This document shows positions 53,101-64,000 of a stretch of 64,000 nucleotides of DNA, one piece after another (the stretch's first letter is position 1; each line of letters starts with the position of its first letter). Below the pieces are notes generated by a model. That model saw nothing but the letters and a program-made list of their open reading frames with translations. It was not told the DNA's origin and searched no databases. Position numbers and translations under genes: made by a program. The DNA lies in NCBI GenBank assembly GCA_040954595.2, contig CM082589.2, positions 7,375,186 through 7,439,185 on the forward strand, read 5' to 3'. This DNA is from Balanoglossus misakiensis. Taxonomy: Eukaryota; Animalia; Hemichordata.

Positions 53101-56100
53101 CGCATATTATCATGAAACAAAGACCACGTGATCATAAGCAAGATGGATGCCTCCAATGTCCGTATGCCAATGAGAGCCATGTTTACAATAGCTCGTGCCT
53201 GACCCTTTCCCTTTAGCGTAGCGCAGCCAGCGGTGGGATTGGGGCAGGGGACCAGACTAGTGTGAAACCAGTGATTCAAAAAGACACTCACCGGGGCCAA
53301 AACCGAATGAATACGCTGCCAAGTATAACATGAGTGATACTAAAGCAATGTACTTGGCCGCCACTGAACCCACATCCTGATGACTGTCATCTCCGTCTGT
53401 CGAATTACCCTGTTTTCCACTTGTGTCGTTTAAAAGATCTGCTTCTCGCAAAAATCGTTCCAGAGAAACATCTCCATTGTAAATGTTTAAAAGCTGTAAA
53501 TACCGTTCACTATCTTCATGCTTGCTGGCGACCTCGGATGAATGACCTATGACCTGTAACCTCTGACCTGGTTCATCCGACTGAAGTTCCAATCTAAAGT
53601 CTCCTTCAAGTTTCGCTGGATCATAAAAACTGCTATGGAACACCAACAAATCACGTAGGCTCCTTTTTGCAATGCGTTCCGATTGGCTGGAATTTGTCTC
53701 ATTGTATCCAAGCAGCTGAGTTGCGGTATCCATAGTTACAGGCATTTCCATGGTGACAGCACTATTGAAGGAAGCGTTGGATGACATGAATTGTACTTGG
53801 ACTGAAACACACGGTGGTGTCAATGATTCTGAGGGTAGAATCTGTGTGGAAAGCAAAAATCATGCAATCAGTAATTTTTTCTCTTGAATTCCAATAGGGC
53901 ATCAGAATCCAAACCAATATCATTCAGATTGGTGTGGTGGTTACTTGCAAGCTAATACACCTTTCTTCTGTAACAAACTGCAGATAGGCCATAGGACTTG
54001 AAGCAAAAAATAAGTTACCTTGCTCGTAACTCCCAAGACACTGATGACAATTGCCATCATCAATGTTCCAATCAACAGAAATCGTCGTCTGCCAGATTTG
54101 TCCACACACAGTAAACAGACAACTGTTGCCGCAGCCTACAAACAAAATATGTAGAAAACGAAAAACAGATTAATTTAAATCACTCTCTTGCTTACATAAA
54201 GTTGAAGACTTCTTGAAATTATGCACTAAAATCTCAACCAAAGGTCATCACAGTCTGAACTTTTTGAGCTTTGACCTCCACATGACCTATTATGTCATCA
54301 TGGGAAACTCGTATCCCAAATATGAATGCTCAAGACAGTTACAATTTATCATTCCACCTGGTGACAGGACCAATCAGCCATGGCATCTAAAGACTCAGCT
54401 TCTTTTAGTGACCAGATCAATATAAATACCTTAATAAGTAAACAAATTACCAAAATACTGTGTAGGTATATAGCAAAATGTGACTTTGACCATTAAATAT
54501 TACAAACCTTGATAAAGCCAAGTCCAACAGTTGCTAAGGTGGCAGCAGAATCACTCTGAAATCCCAACATCTGAAACACTGTGGGTGCATAGTACAATAC
54601 ATTGGTCTGCCCTGTCGCCTGTTTGTGAAGATGAGATGATAATAAGATGCAGGTATATCTTTTTTGGCAAGTTTTGATACATAACAGTACTATCAGCATA
54701 GTTGAATCAAACAAGTGTAAGATACTTGTTCAAGATTTACATGCACAAGAGTTATGAAATTATCATCAAGTCCACTGTTCTCCCCATTTTCTGTACTCAA
54801 CAACACGAAAGTCTGTGAAATCTTGCATGGCTAATACTGGGGGTGTACATTTTCACCTACATGTACCAAGACTGCTGATTGTAGCCCCAGAACATAGCAA
54901 TCAATAGCAGCTCACGACTGATTTTACTATCCCCATTGTGGAGGTTCACATACTTCTGTGACAGATGTACATGAAATCTAGATTTTTGGCAAGCTGCAGA
55001 GGTGTGAAAAACAGATCTGTTTCAGTGGTTCTCGCACATATGCTACAGGGTTTTCGAAACATGGTCGCTACAGTGGTGTATATGTAACTGCTACAGATGT
55101 TCGAGAAATAGAGCAGGTTATAGGGTGTAACATACATCAGGCCGTTTTTTCACAACCCTGCGGCAACTCTGTTTTTCAGCCCCGTAAATAGGCTATCCAC
55201 CTTTCCCTGACATGTGATCTGATGATGTATCCATGGAATGGTAAGGTATTCCTTGGGAATTAATAAACTCACCTGTTGAAAGAATACTAATCCGATGCCT
55301 ATCATCATTCTGCCTCGCATGTTATCAATACTTTTGAATAAATCACACATGGTGTAATCCTGAATAGAAAATGGAGAAATACAATAAAACATGTGTACAT
55401 ACATCTGTAGAACCAACTAATGGAAAGGTTGATATGAATTAGTAGTTGACAACGGAAGTCATGTTTTTTACGGTAATAAAGATGAAGTATAAAGTTGTCA
55501 ATTTTGTCTCTCTAATCTACTGAAGTTCAAGGGAGATGTGCTTAAGATGGGTCCCTAGGATCTTTTTGCTCGTTGCTATGGGCCTTTATAGGACACTACA
55601 CTCAATTTTGATCGAAACCGTTATGAACGTCCGACAAGGGGCTTGTAACTACAGTTAAAAATACACACGATTGTGTGCACACCCCCTGTCTGAGTATGTT
55701 TACGGCAGCTACCGCCCGGCCATAGGCCGCCACGCTAATACGGCAAAGCAGCGGTCAGCGATAGCGTGCGCGTCCTGTAACCACAGTAACTGGATCGAAC
55801 GCTAAAAATCCAATGTTTTGTACACAGAGATTTTGTACCGTTCACGAAAATCCCTAAGGCTTTTTTCACAGGCGACGTAGGCCAGCCAAATTTGACCTGC
55901 TTGTTGAGAACGCACTTCCGCACAGTGTGACGGATCGTTTTTTCGGTTTTCGTCGTGCTAAGAAGCGATACCAGTGGAAGAGTGCGTCCAAAAACACCCA
56001 AAATCGATGACTTTTTCAGGTGTGGTACGGGTATGCTGAAATCGTAGGATACAACGATAATATTCGAAAACAAAATCCGTCACGATCTTCCCTGGTTCAA

Positions 56101-59100
56101 GCAACTAATGAATACGTATCAAGTTCGTTTTTGAGGTCACGGAATAAAAAGCCTTAGGCTTTTGAAATTTGACCTAACTAATTTGCATATCAATGGCGTC
56201 AGGGGGCGCGCGCTCACAATCGTGCGTATTTTTAACTAGTTACCAGCCCCTTGTTAGACTCTGAAAACGGCTTAGTCCAAATCGGGGTGTAATGTCCTAT
56301 AAAGGCCCATAGCAACGGGCAAAAAGATCCTAGGGACCCATCTTAACGAAGTCCCTGCCAATTTAAAAAAGCTCAGCAAGCAAACTTGACAACACTACTG
56401 TAGTCTACTGTTTGGGTACAGTACAGGGGTGGGCTCCTCCATGGCACTTAGAGGGAATGGGTCGTCGTGCTGCGTGGGTGTCCCCCTTTGATGAGAATAT
56501 GTCCTCCCATACCAGCGCAAACCCCACTGCAGTCGCCACTACCTACTAGGATGTTCAGTTGCTGTCATGCCCAGTCTACGCTACGGTTGGCTGTTTCGTT
56601 TATTTTAAGAATTGTCTAATTTCAGGGATTCGTGGATGAATTGTAATGTTTATAAACAAACAAACGCGGCGCGATGACCCCTTCACTTAACACAGCAGTG
56701 TGGGAATTAACACAAACTGTGTGCATGAAATGAGAAACAGTTTCAGGGCAAAACTGCACTCACCTTTTCAGTGCGTATAGCTGTCCTTATTTGCACCAAT
56801 TCATCTTCAACGTCTGCGGTTCCTCGAATTTTCTGTAGTACAATGCTGGCCTGTAGAAAGAAAATATGAATTGATAATCAGTCTCTGGTATAGCAGTTCT
56901 CAATGGATTTGTCATGTCAGTGTGTCAGCATATGAAAGCTGTAGTATTCACTGTCTGATACAAGTATGTTTTTTGTGATACTGAATTCTATGATTTTGAT
57001 AAGCACATTACAATTCTCCAGTTTATTATATATGCCAACTTTTTCTCAGAACATAACCAGATAATGTGTTTTTAGCACACATTAGAGTCTATCATGGGAC
57101 ATCATAATTCCAGTTGTCAGCTAACAATTCAAAACTAGTTGTGTATAACTTAGACACTTTCACAGCCCACGGTTCGCTACAAGGCTCTTTACACATGTTA
57201 CACTCTGATGCGCCCTAAACCGTTTAGGAGATGCATTGTATGGTGTTGTGTAGCGAACCTAGAGGCTTCGCAGTCTCGCAGGCCAAGCTTCACTCGGCTA
57301 TTGCAAGCACACACTCAATCAGACAATAAGCATGTGTATGCAGCGAGAGGGGCTGTGAGAGAGTCTATGTGTAACTGTGCAAGAAAGATGTGCTCAAATA
57401 TAATGGATGAGATGTGAAACAAATTCCAACGTGCATTGTACCTCTTGTTCTCTTTGCTTTGTCAATAAATATCTTGGACTTGGTGGCAGGAATATCATTC
57501 CTATCCCTTGTATGAGGGCTGGTATAATAGATATACCAAACATGTATCGCCTAGTGACAAAAAAATAATTATGACATTTCCATTCTAATCCCATGTCTCC
57601 TACAATAATGCAACATTAAAAATAAAGAAAACAAATACTTGAAACACTGATGGCTACAGAAACAGTCTCCTCCATATATTGTCATATATAACCTTGAGCT
57701 TGAGTGAAACCTCTGATTTGAAATTTTACCAAAAGGCGCCAACAATAAATATTTTACAATATGCAGAAAACAAAATGTCTTATGGATGATTGTTGCACGT
57801 AAACACACATAAATACTACAGTACTCACCAGCCATCTTCGATGTCTATGAACAGGAAGTTGACAAGATAGGCAAACAGAATTCCTACGGTTATACCAAGT
57901 TCATTGATGGATACCAGAGAACCTCTTCGTTTCTGAAATTGATGGAGTTGAATAGAAGTGAAATTGTGTTCACTTATGTGTTTCCCCTAGAGAGTAGCTT
58001 TTTTGACACAATCTTTGGACTGGGTGACTGGACTATTTCAACTACTCCGCACTGGACGACAGAGGGCGATCTACATTGAAAATGGTTTAGTGTACAACTA
58101 CCACAATCTTTGAGACTGATAGAACAAATTTTAAAGTGGTGATAGCAGTGGCATAATTGATACCATATAGCTATGATGTGCAGACTACATTTATGAAACC
58201 TTCAAGGATATTTCAAGAAGACAGTGGCTGTAATTTTTGACAACATTTTTTATTGTCTTTTTCTCATGAGTATCAACGACACTCCCTATTAAAATCATGT
58301 ATACATGTCCACTATTTGGCCTGTCAATTCATCATCACTGTCAGTGTTGGTAAAAATCATCAAAGGTTGCAGTTACTGTCCCCCCAATGCTATAGTTATA
58401 CAGACATTTTCTGGCAGACAAATTAATCATGATAATACTTACTGCAGGCGAAATCTCTGATATGTAAATACATTCAGCTATTACAGATAATGAAACAGCA
58501 ACGCCTAGAATCAATCGACCTATTACCTGTCATTCAAACAAGAGAAAAAGACAATTAAATCAGGAGTAGACAATATATTTTATTTTGTTGGACGGATAAA
58601 ACTAGAGACAAAACAGATATTTGTTCTTTTGTGTCTTCATATTGTATTCTGTACACAATCGGGTTCCCCTTCTTTATGCTTTTTTTAATCTACATGAACT
58701 GGTATTTATTTAGGTTTAGGACTATAGCAGAAAACTATAATTCCTGGCAGCATCTGTTTTTGTATTTCACATCCTTAAAGCCTCTAAAGCTGCCACTTTT
58801 TGCATTATTTTCATGATTGTCACATCGAAATAAGCTTACTGATAGGTATACATGAACACCTTATCGATGCCTGATTGTGGCTGTGTGTTGTAATTTGAAC
58901 AGACTATATACAACTTACCAGAGTCATATATGATTGAGCCAATGTTGTAATCAATGCTCCTGCTATGAAGATCCCAACGGTGAGTATGATGGCCATACGG
59001 CGACCTATGGCATCAATGATGAACCCTGGGAATAGAAAGTGAAAGGAATCATGGGTAAAGCAGCTCCCCGACTTTGTTCTGACCTAGTTACACAGCAACA

Positions 59101-60649
59101 ACCAATCACACATCTGGTTTGGTGTTGCCGGAATGATATAGCTGTACTCATCATCAGGAATATTGGTTAAACACTGTATTTGAACGAACACTAATAAATT
59201 TCCCACAAAACCCCATAAGGGCAAATGTACCATATGTTCATAATTTTATTTATGAGATAACAGATGAATAAATTTTATGGGGAACTTGCTTCAACCGAAC
59301 ACAACAAACCGAAGCGCAAAGCAAATGAAAAAGCTGTTTCTGATAACTCCATTTTTACCACCAAAAATGTTAAATTCTGCCTAATACTAACAGAGAACGT
59401 ATCATTTTTGTCATAATTTTATAGATATTGATCATTATCATTACAAGAACACACTCAGACTCAAGAATTTTTCTTGAGAAGTTTATCTCAAAATAGAGCG
59501 CAGTGACCATGTGATTCTATTTGACCAATTAATTTATTTTTACTTGACTGAGCTATGCATAATAATCAATATTTACAGTTTACATAATTTGCCCTCATCT
59601 TTAACACAAAATACAACATGTACTCACCTCCAAACATGGATGCTATCATTGCACCAAGAAGCAATGCACTCACAACTACAGACTGTTCCATACATGACAG
59701 GTGAAATTCGTCACGAAGTTGTAGCATGGCTCCTGAGATAATACCTGTCAAAACAGCAAAATAATTGCATCAGAGTCAAAATGCATAAGTTACATTTATA
59801 TATATCCAAAATTAGAAACAAGGGCCATTTTGTGCAATTTCAATTTACAGCTATGAAACTTGTTCAAGAAAATAAAACGTTGAATTATGGTTCTGGCCCA
59901 ACATAAAATTAACCCAGAAGCTAGCGGGCTCTGTAATGCCTTTTCCTTCATTTTTTTTTTTAAATGGGCAAATTGAGAATAGATGCAGTAATATTAGAAT
60001 TTCCGGTTCAGTTTAAGGTCAAAGGTCACATGGTAATCAACAGTCTGTTCTTTTAGCCAGTATATTTCACATGCCCAATTGTAAGTTGTTATTTAAGGTT
60101 ATGCAACAGCAGGCATGGGTTACATCAACATTAATGCGATCTCCTGGTACATTTACCTTGAATTTTCACTTCATTTGTAAATTCTAGACAATAAATTATT
60201 CATGTCTCCTGTTGTGAAACATTTAAAAGCAATTAACATAAAGACAATACTAATCAACTTAAAAAAGGGGTGAGAAATAGTTTTTGAGAGAAAAAAATCA
60301 AATTAAAATTTGCATGAAATAATATTTGTTCGACACTTTTCTCCATGTTTCACTGGAAATATATATGAATTTATTACAGGAATTCATTACATTCTGATTC
60401 ATACAATGCTACAAGTTTGAATAGTTATTGTATTCTGATACCGTGGGTTATTGTATTACAGAACTCTATAGGTTACAGCAGTAGGTGTATACTAAAAACA
60501 TGTCACATACCAATGTCATAGCCAAAGAGTATTCCACCAAATCCTGCCATGATTGACGCCAACACAACGTATCCTGTGATTCTGCCCTCGTTGGCATTGC
60601 CCTGCGATCGATTAACCAACTGTAGTTCGTCAAACTCAAAGGGCTCCAT
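50126..60649 (-). CDS. Class III facilitated glucose transporter, SLC2A10/SLC2A12 (GLUT10/12)-like (~678 aa, 14 coding exons)
   Basis: Exons 60649-60511, 59744-59628, 59025-58919, 58526-58443, 57932-57829, 57550-57442, 56850-56764, 55359-55273, 54618-54508, 54135-54019, 53841-53292, 52696-52574, 51966-51834 and 50294-50126 join in frame (2037 bp). Motifs: [52 protein letters not shown], a long glycosylated loop 9, [25 protein letters not shown]. The start codon is tentative. Confidence 0.95.
51584..51779. mobile_element. Half copy of the foldback MITE at 35677-36025
   Basis: GCCAAAATGAATAA...GCGAGAGAGAGACTCTGTCCCTTTAA. Confidence 0.85.
52043..52417. mobile_element. Foldback MITE with TAG..CTA termini (Academ-like)
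   Basis: TAGCCGTGTTTTTTTTC ... GAAAAAAAACACGGCTA plus an internal inverted repeat (TTGCTGGGAAT.GTGATGTAACTAGC / GCTAGTTACATCAC.ATTCCCAGCAA). Confidence 0.8.
53008..53259. mobile_element. MITE with ~60-bp TIRs and TAG..CTA termini (Academ-like)
   Basis: TAGTCTGGTCCCCTGCCCCA...GCTGGCTGCGCTACGCTAAA ... TTTAGCGTAGCGCAGCCAGC...TGGGGCAGGGGACCAGACTA. Confidence 0.85.
55546..56342. mobile_element. Non-autonomous DNA transposon with ~65-bp TIRs and TTAA target-site duplication (Kolobok-like)
   Basis: ttaa|GATGGGTCCCTAGGATCTTTTTGC.CGTTGCTATGGGCCTTTATAGGACA ... TGTCCTATAAAGGCCCATAGCAACG.GCAAAAAGATCCTAGGGACCCATC|ttaa. Confidence 0.9.
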
Positions 60650-63600
60650 GCTTTTGTCGTCCTGAGCGTCATCAAACTCGTCATCAGTTTGGGAAAGTAG
60701 AAGCACTGTGGATTAATAAAATTTGCGCGTTGGAATTAGCGATGAAGAATCAACATGATGGTACTTGCTGTGGGATCTGATTGGATAGAAGTATGGTAGC
60801 TACATGTTAATACATGAACATACTTGAAATGTCTATAACCCACAAATATTATCCCCTGGATTATAAATACTCTTCATAAAGTACATTTCTTGGTCTTGGA
60901 CATATTTCGCACTTCTTCAGCTAATCTTCTGTAAATTCAAGTAAAAAATTTCAAGCGATGTTCCCATACTGATCAATACAACTCAGTCAACTATTCTAGT
61001 TCAATAAGAGCAGATGGACTAAGTTTTCACACACTATGTTGACAGTTATGCATGCTTCACAAAGCTAATTTCAATTTCAAATGACGGCTACTTTGCATAC
61101 ATACTGTTTTTAAAATAGAAGTGTATAGAAATGTCAGACATTTTTAAAAGTCACCTCATGGTCTTTTTTCAGCAATATGTCTGTATTTTGGTCATTTTGG
61201 GATGGGCATAACGGCATTTTAATTACAGATATCCAGAAAAACAATGAGCTGTAAATGTATTTACATTTTGACTCAAGTACTTGTAGTGTTTTGAATCACT
61301 GCCATTATACATTTAGCACAGATATAAATTGACAAAACTTTCCAGTAAAATATACATGAAAATTTATCAGCCTTTAGTTGATTAAAAAACAAACACACAA
61401 ACAAAAGTGTGTGCCCTTTGACAAACAGGGTTGTGATTGTCACTGCGGCAATCGAGAGAACTGCAGAAATTTCTGCATCTGACGTCCATAATACCAGAAT
61501 TAAAGTTGAAGCCCACACATTATAGTTTTAGTGCAAGGACAAGAAAAGTGAACCAGTTAACATCAAAGTTCATATTTAATAATAGAATATGACCATTAAC
61601 ATCCGGTGTGATAAAAATGTTTGCAGCACAAAAATAGCGTGCGACTGCTGAGTGTTTCATGTGCTGCGGCTAAATTCATATTTTTGAATAGTTTGAAAAA
61701 AAAATATCCATTATAAGACAATACAGGTATCTGTAATTAATAGATACCACTTACCATGTGCATTGCAGTATGCTAAAAAAGAAATACAGTGTACACTATT
61801 TTTAAATTGATAGGGGAAAAACTATGCAGTATGATATAGTCAATGGTGTTTGTAATAACTATAATATCAAGGAGAAAGTTACCTCAGCTTGACATTTGGA
61901 TAGGAAGAATATTTATATAACCCTTTCCACCACCATGACTTCACCTAATCCCTTTTTAATGGCAGAGGTGGACCGGCATGGAGGACAACATACCTGGTAT
62001 ATACCACGACACGACAAGGCAAGTAGTTTTTCAATCATTCAATCCTGACTAACTCGAAAATCCCATATCTCCCCTTTCTAAGGCATTCTGACACACCATA
62101 TGGACTGGTTCGCATCAGCTATTTGTGTTCATGAGTGGCAAGCTAGATGTACATGAATGCATGTACAATGGGGCTTTTCTAGAGCTGCAAATACGTATGT
62201 CTTTCATCTAAAAATAAAACATCTGACATATGTGAGTGAACTACATACAAATTTTGAATGAGGATAACAAAACAGAAATTCATGAATTCAGGCTTGAATT
62301 TTTGGACACTGGAGCAAACCACGTTCATTTGCTTCTTCTATCACAATCCTTCAGCCATTTAAGCCAAGTCTGCATCAATATTAGCAAAACCAAACCCTTT
62401 CACCACCATGGCTCGGTCCAAACCCATTGTTTGCTATGGTAAACCTGGACCTCTATAGACGGAACTGGGGGTGAACTCAAAATCAAAAATGATTAGAAAG
62501 AATTCAGAGCATGTATATTGGACACAAATATCTATAATTTCATTAATTTTACAGATATCTGCATGTACATGTACATGTCTGGCTACAATGCATGTATGGC
62601 AGTACATATTAGCATATGAGTAAAGTGCTGCTCCCACTGAACCATTTCCACAGACCATATTGTGTTTTGGTAGAGCGGTAAAAAATTGTTGTGGTATGTA
62701 TTGTTATCCCTTTTGACAAAACATGTCGTCACCCATAATATACATGTACATGTATTGTTTCTCAGTTTCAATTCAAAATGATATTTGTTATGCCTAGCAT
62801 GTCAATGGGAATTATATGGCTGCTAATATTACTGATATATTGTTCTGTTCAAATGATGTTAAATAACTGTGAATTGCATAGCAATAGTCAGTCACTGAAG
62901 AATGTTTTATTATCATGGTAGAAGCTAACGAGGCTCTAAATGTAAACACCACCACATAAATTCCCATAGCAACAACTACTGGATGTTTTGGATATGTGTA
63001 ACCATGGTAACAGTATCTTTTTTCTAGCATTGCTATTGGTGCAATAAAAAGCCAGAATAATTATACGAATCTAACAACAACAACAACAACAACAAAATAG
63101 CGAAAAGCACCATTGACTGGTGATATCCTACTAGTGATCAAGTTCTATCAGGCTTTTTGAATTAAAACCAAATACATATATTTTCCGTATATTATTTCAG
63201 TTTGGAAGTGTCTAGTCAGCTATCACTCGAACACTTTGGCAATTATGACTGCAGTACTTTTTGTTTAATTGGCGAGTTCAGGAAAGAAATATCCTGGTAG
63301 TGTCCTGTGTGTGTATCGATACTGCAGAACAATATATACACATGCACCCTCAGATTTTCTTTTGTTCACAAGGACTGTCACTGGTGACAATACATGGCAA
63401 TGACATGACCCAAACTCAAAGTGCTTGCTTTTCCTGGTATTGCTGGTATGTCATTAAAATTCACTTTTCAAAATGGTCATTCTGGGTAAAAAGTCACCAA
63501 TGTCATTCCCATGGTTTTATAGCTCAGGGAGAGTCAATCAGGTGTCCCACAATTACTGAAATAATGTTGATTTTATTGATTGATAGCAGTGACGGCGAAG

Positions 63601-64000
63601 AACATTTGGACAATGTTTTGTAAGGCATATCATTCCAGCGTGTAGTTTACATGTACATGTATCTTGTTATTAAGTTGAATCCCAGACAGAAGAAATAGTT
63701 ATGACAATAGGACCATTAGAAAAAATTTCACATACACAAATTTTTTTCAATGGAAACTGACAATAATTTTCAGAAAGCAATGGTACAGTGTAAATAAAAA
63801 CTTGAACAAAGACAATTCTAATCCCCACCAGTTTCTTTCACAGACTGTGGCATGATTTCAACTGTCTACCTGAAAAAATGGAAATCCAAATTTTTACCCG
63901 GTATCGCGCAGAATGCAATCAGTAAGCACAGAATTTGAGCAATTCTGCTTTTCACTTCATCAAACATATGTTGTTTTTTCATCCCTGATGGATTGATTCG

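Noticed and set aside
60650-60780. N-terminal extension of the SLC2A CDS
   Set aside because: There is an in-frame TAA at 60713-60715. It is treated as 5' UTR, although splicing from an upstream coding exon into an acceptor at 60706 cannot be excluded.

Overview
Eukaryotic, intron-rich, AT-rich genomic DNA with many microsatellites and small transposons. The gene content and repeat style suggest a marine invertebrate deuterostome, possibly a hemichordate; this is inference only. Genes reconstructed from splice sites and reading phase, in order: (1) the last two exons of a Src/Frk-like tyrosine kinase (+); (2) an SLC16/MCT transporter (-) with a 1-bp frameshift and no visible last exon; (3) an HNMT-like SAM methyltransferase (-); (4) an intact SLC16/MCT paralog (+), whose 7.3-kb first intron holds on the opposite strand (5) a complete 7-exon peroxisomal FMN hydroxyacid oxidase lacking one catalytic Tyr and (6) an orphan PBZ zinc-finger exon; (7) a ~1300-aa gene (-) with only phase-1 introns and the architecture [degenerate GT4-like glycosyltransferase]-[TRADD-N-like]-linker-[coiled coil]-[degenerate GT4-like]-[truncated repeat of the TRADD-N-like module], the best candidate here for an uncharacterised immune or sensor system; (8) Gypsy and LINE relics; (9) a Golgi Sulfotransfer_2/HS6ST-like sulfotransferase with a single coding exon (-); (10) a 14-exon GLUT10/12-like SLC2A transporter (-). 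There are many TIR MITEs (TTAA, TAA and TAG..CTA types), a microsatellite-carrying repeat family, and perfect (TATG)n arrays up to 1.55 kb. All family assignments come from motif recognition by eye; no database search was run.
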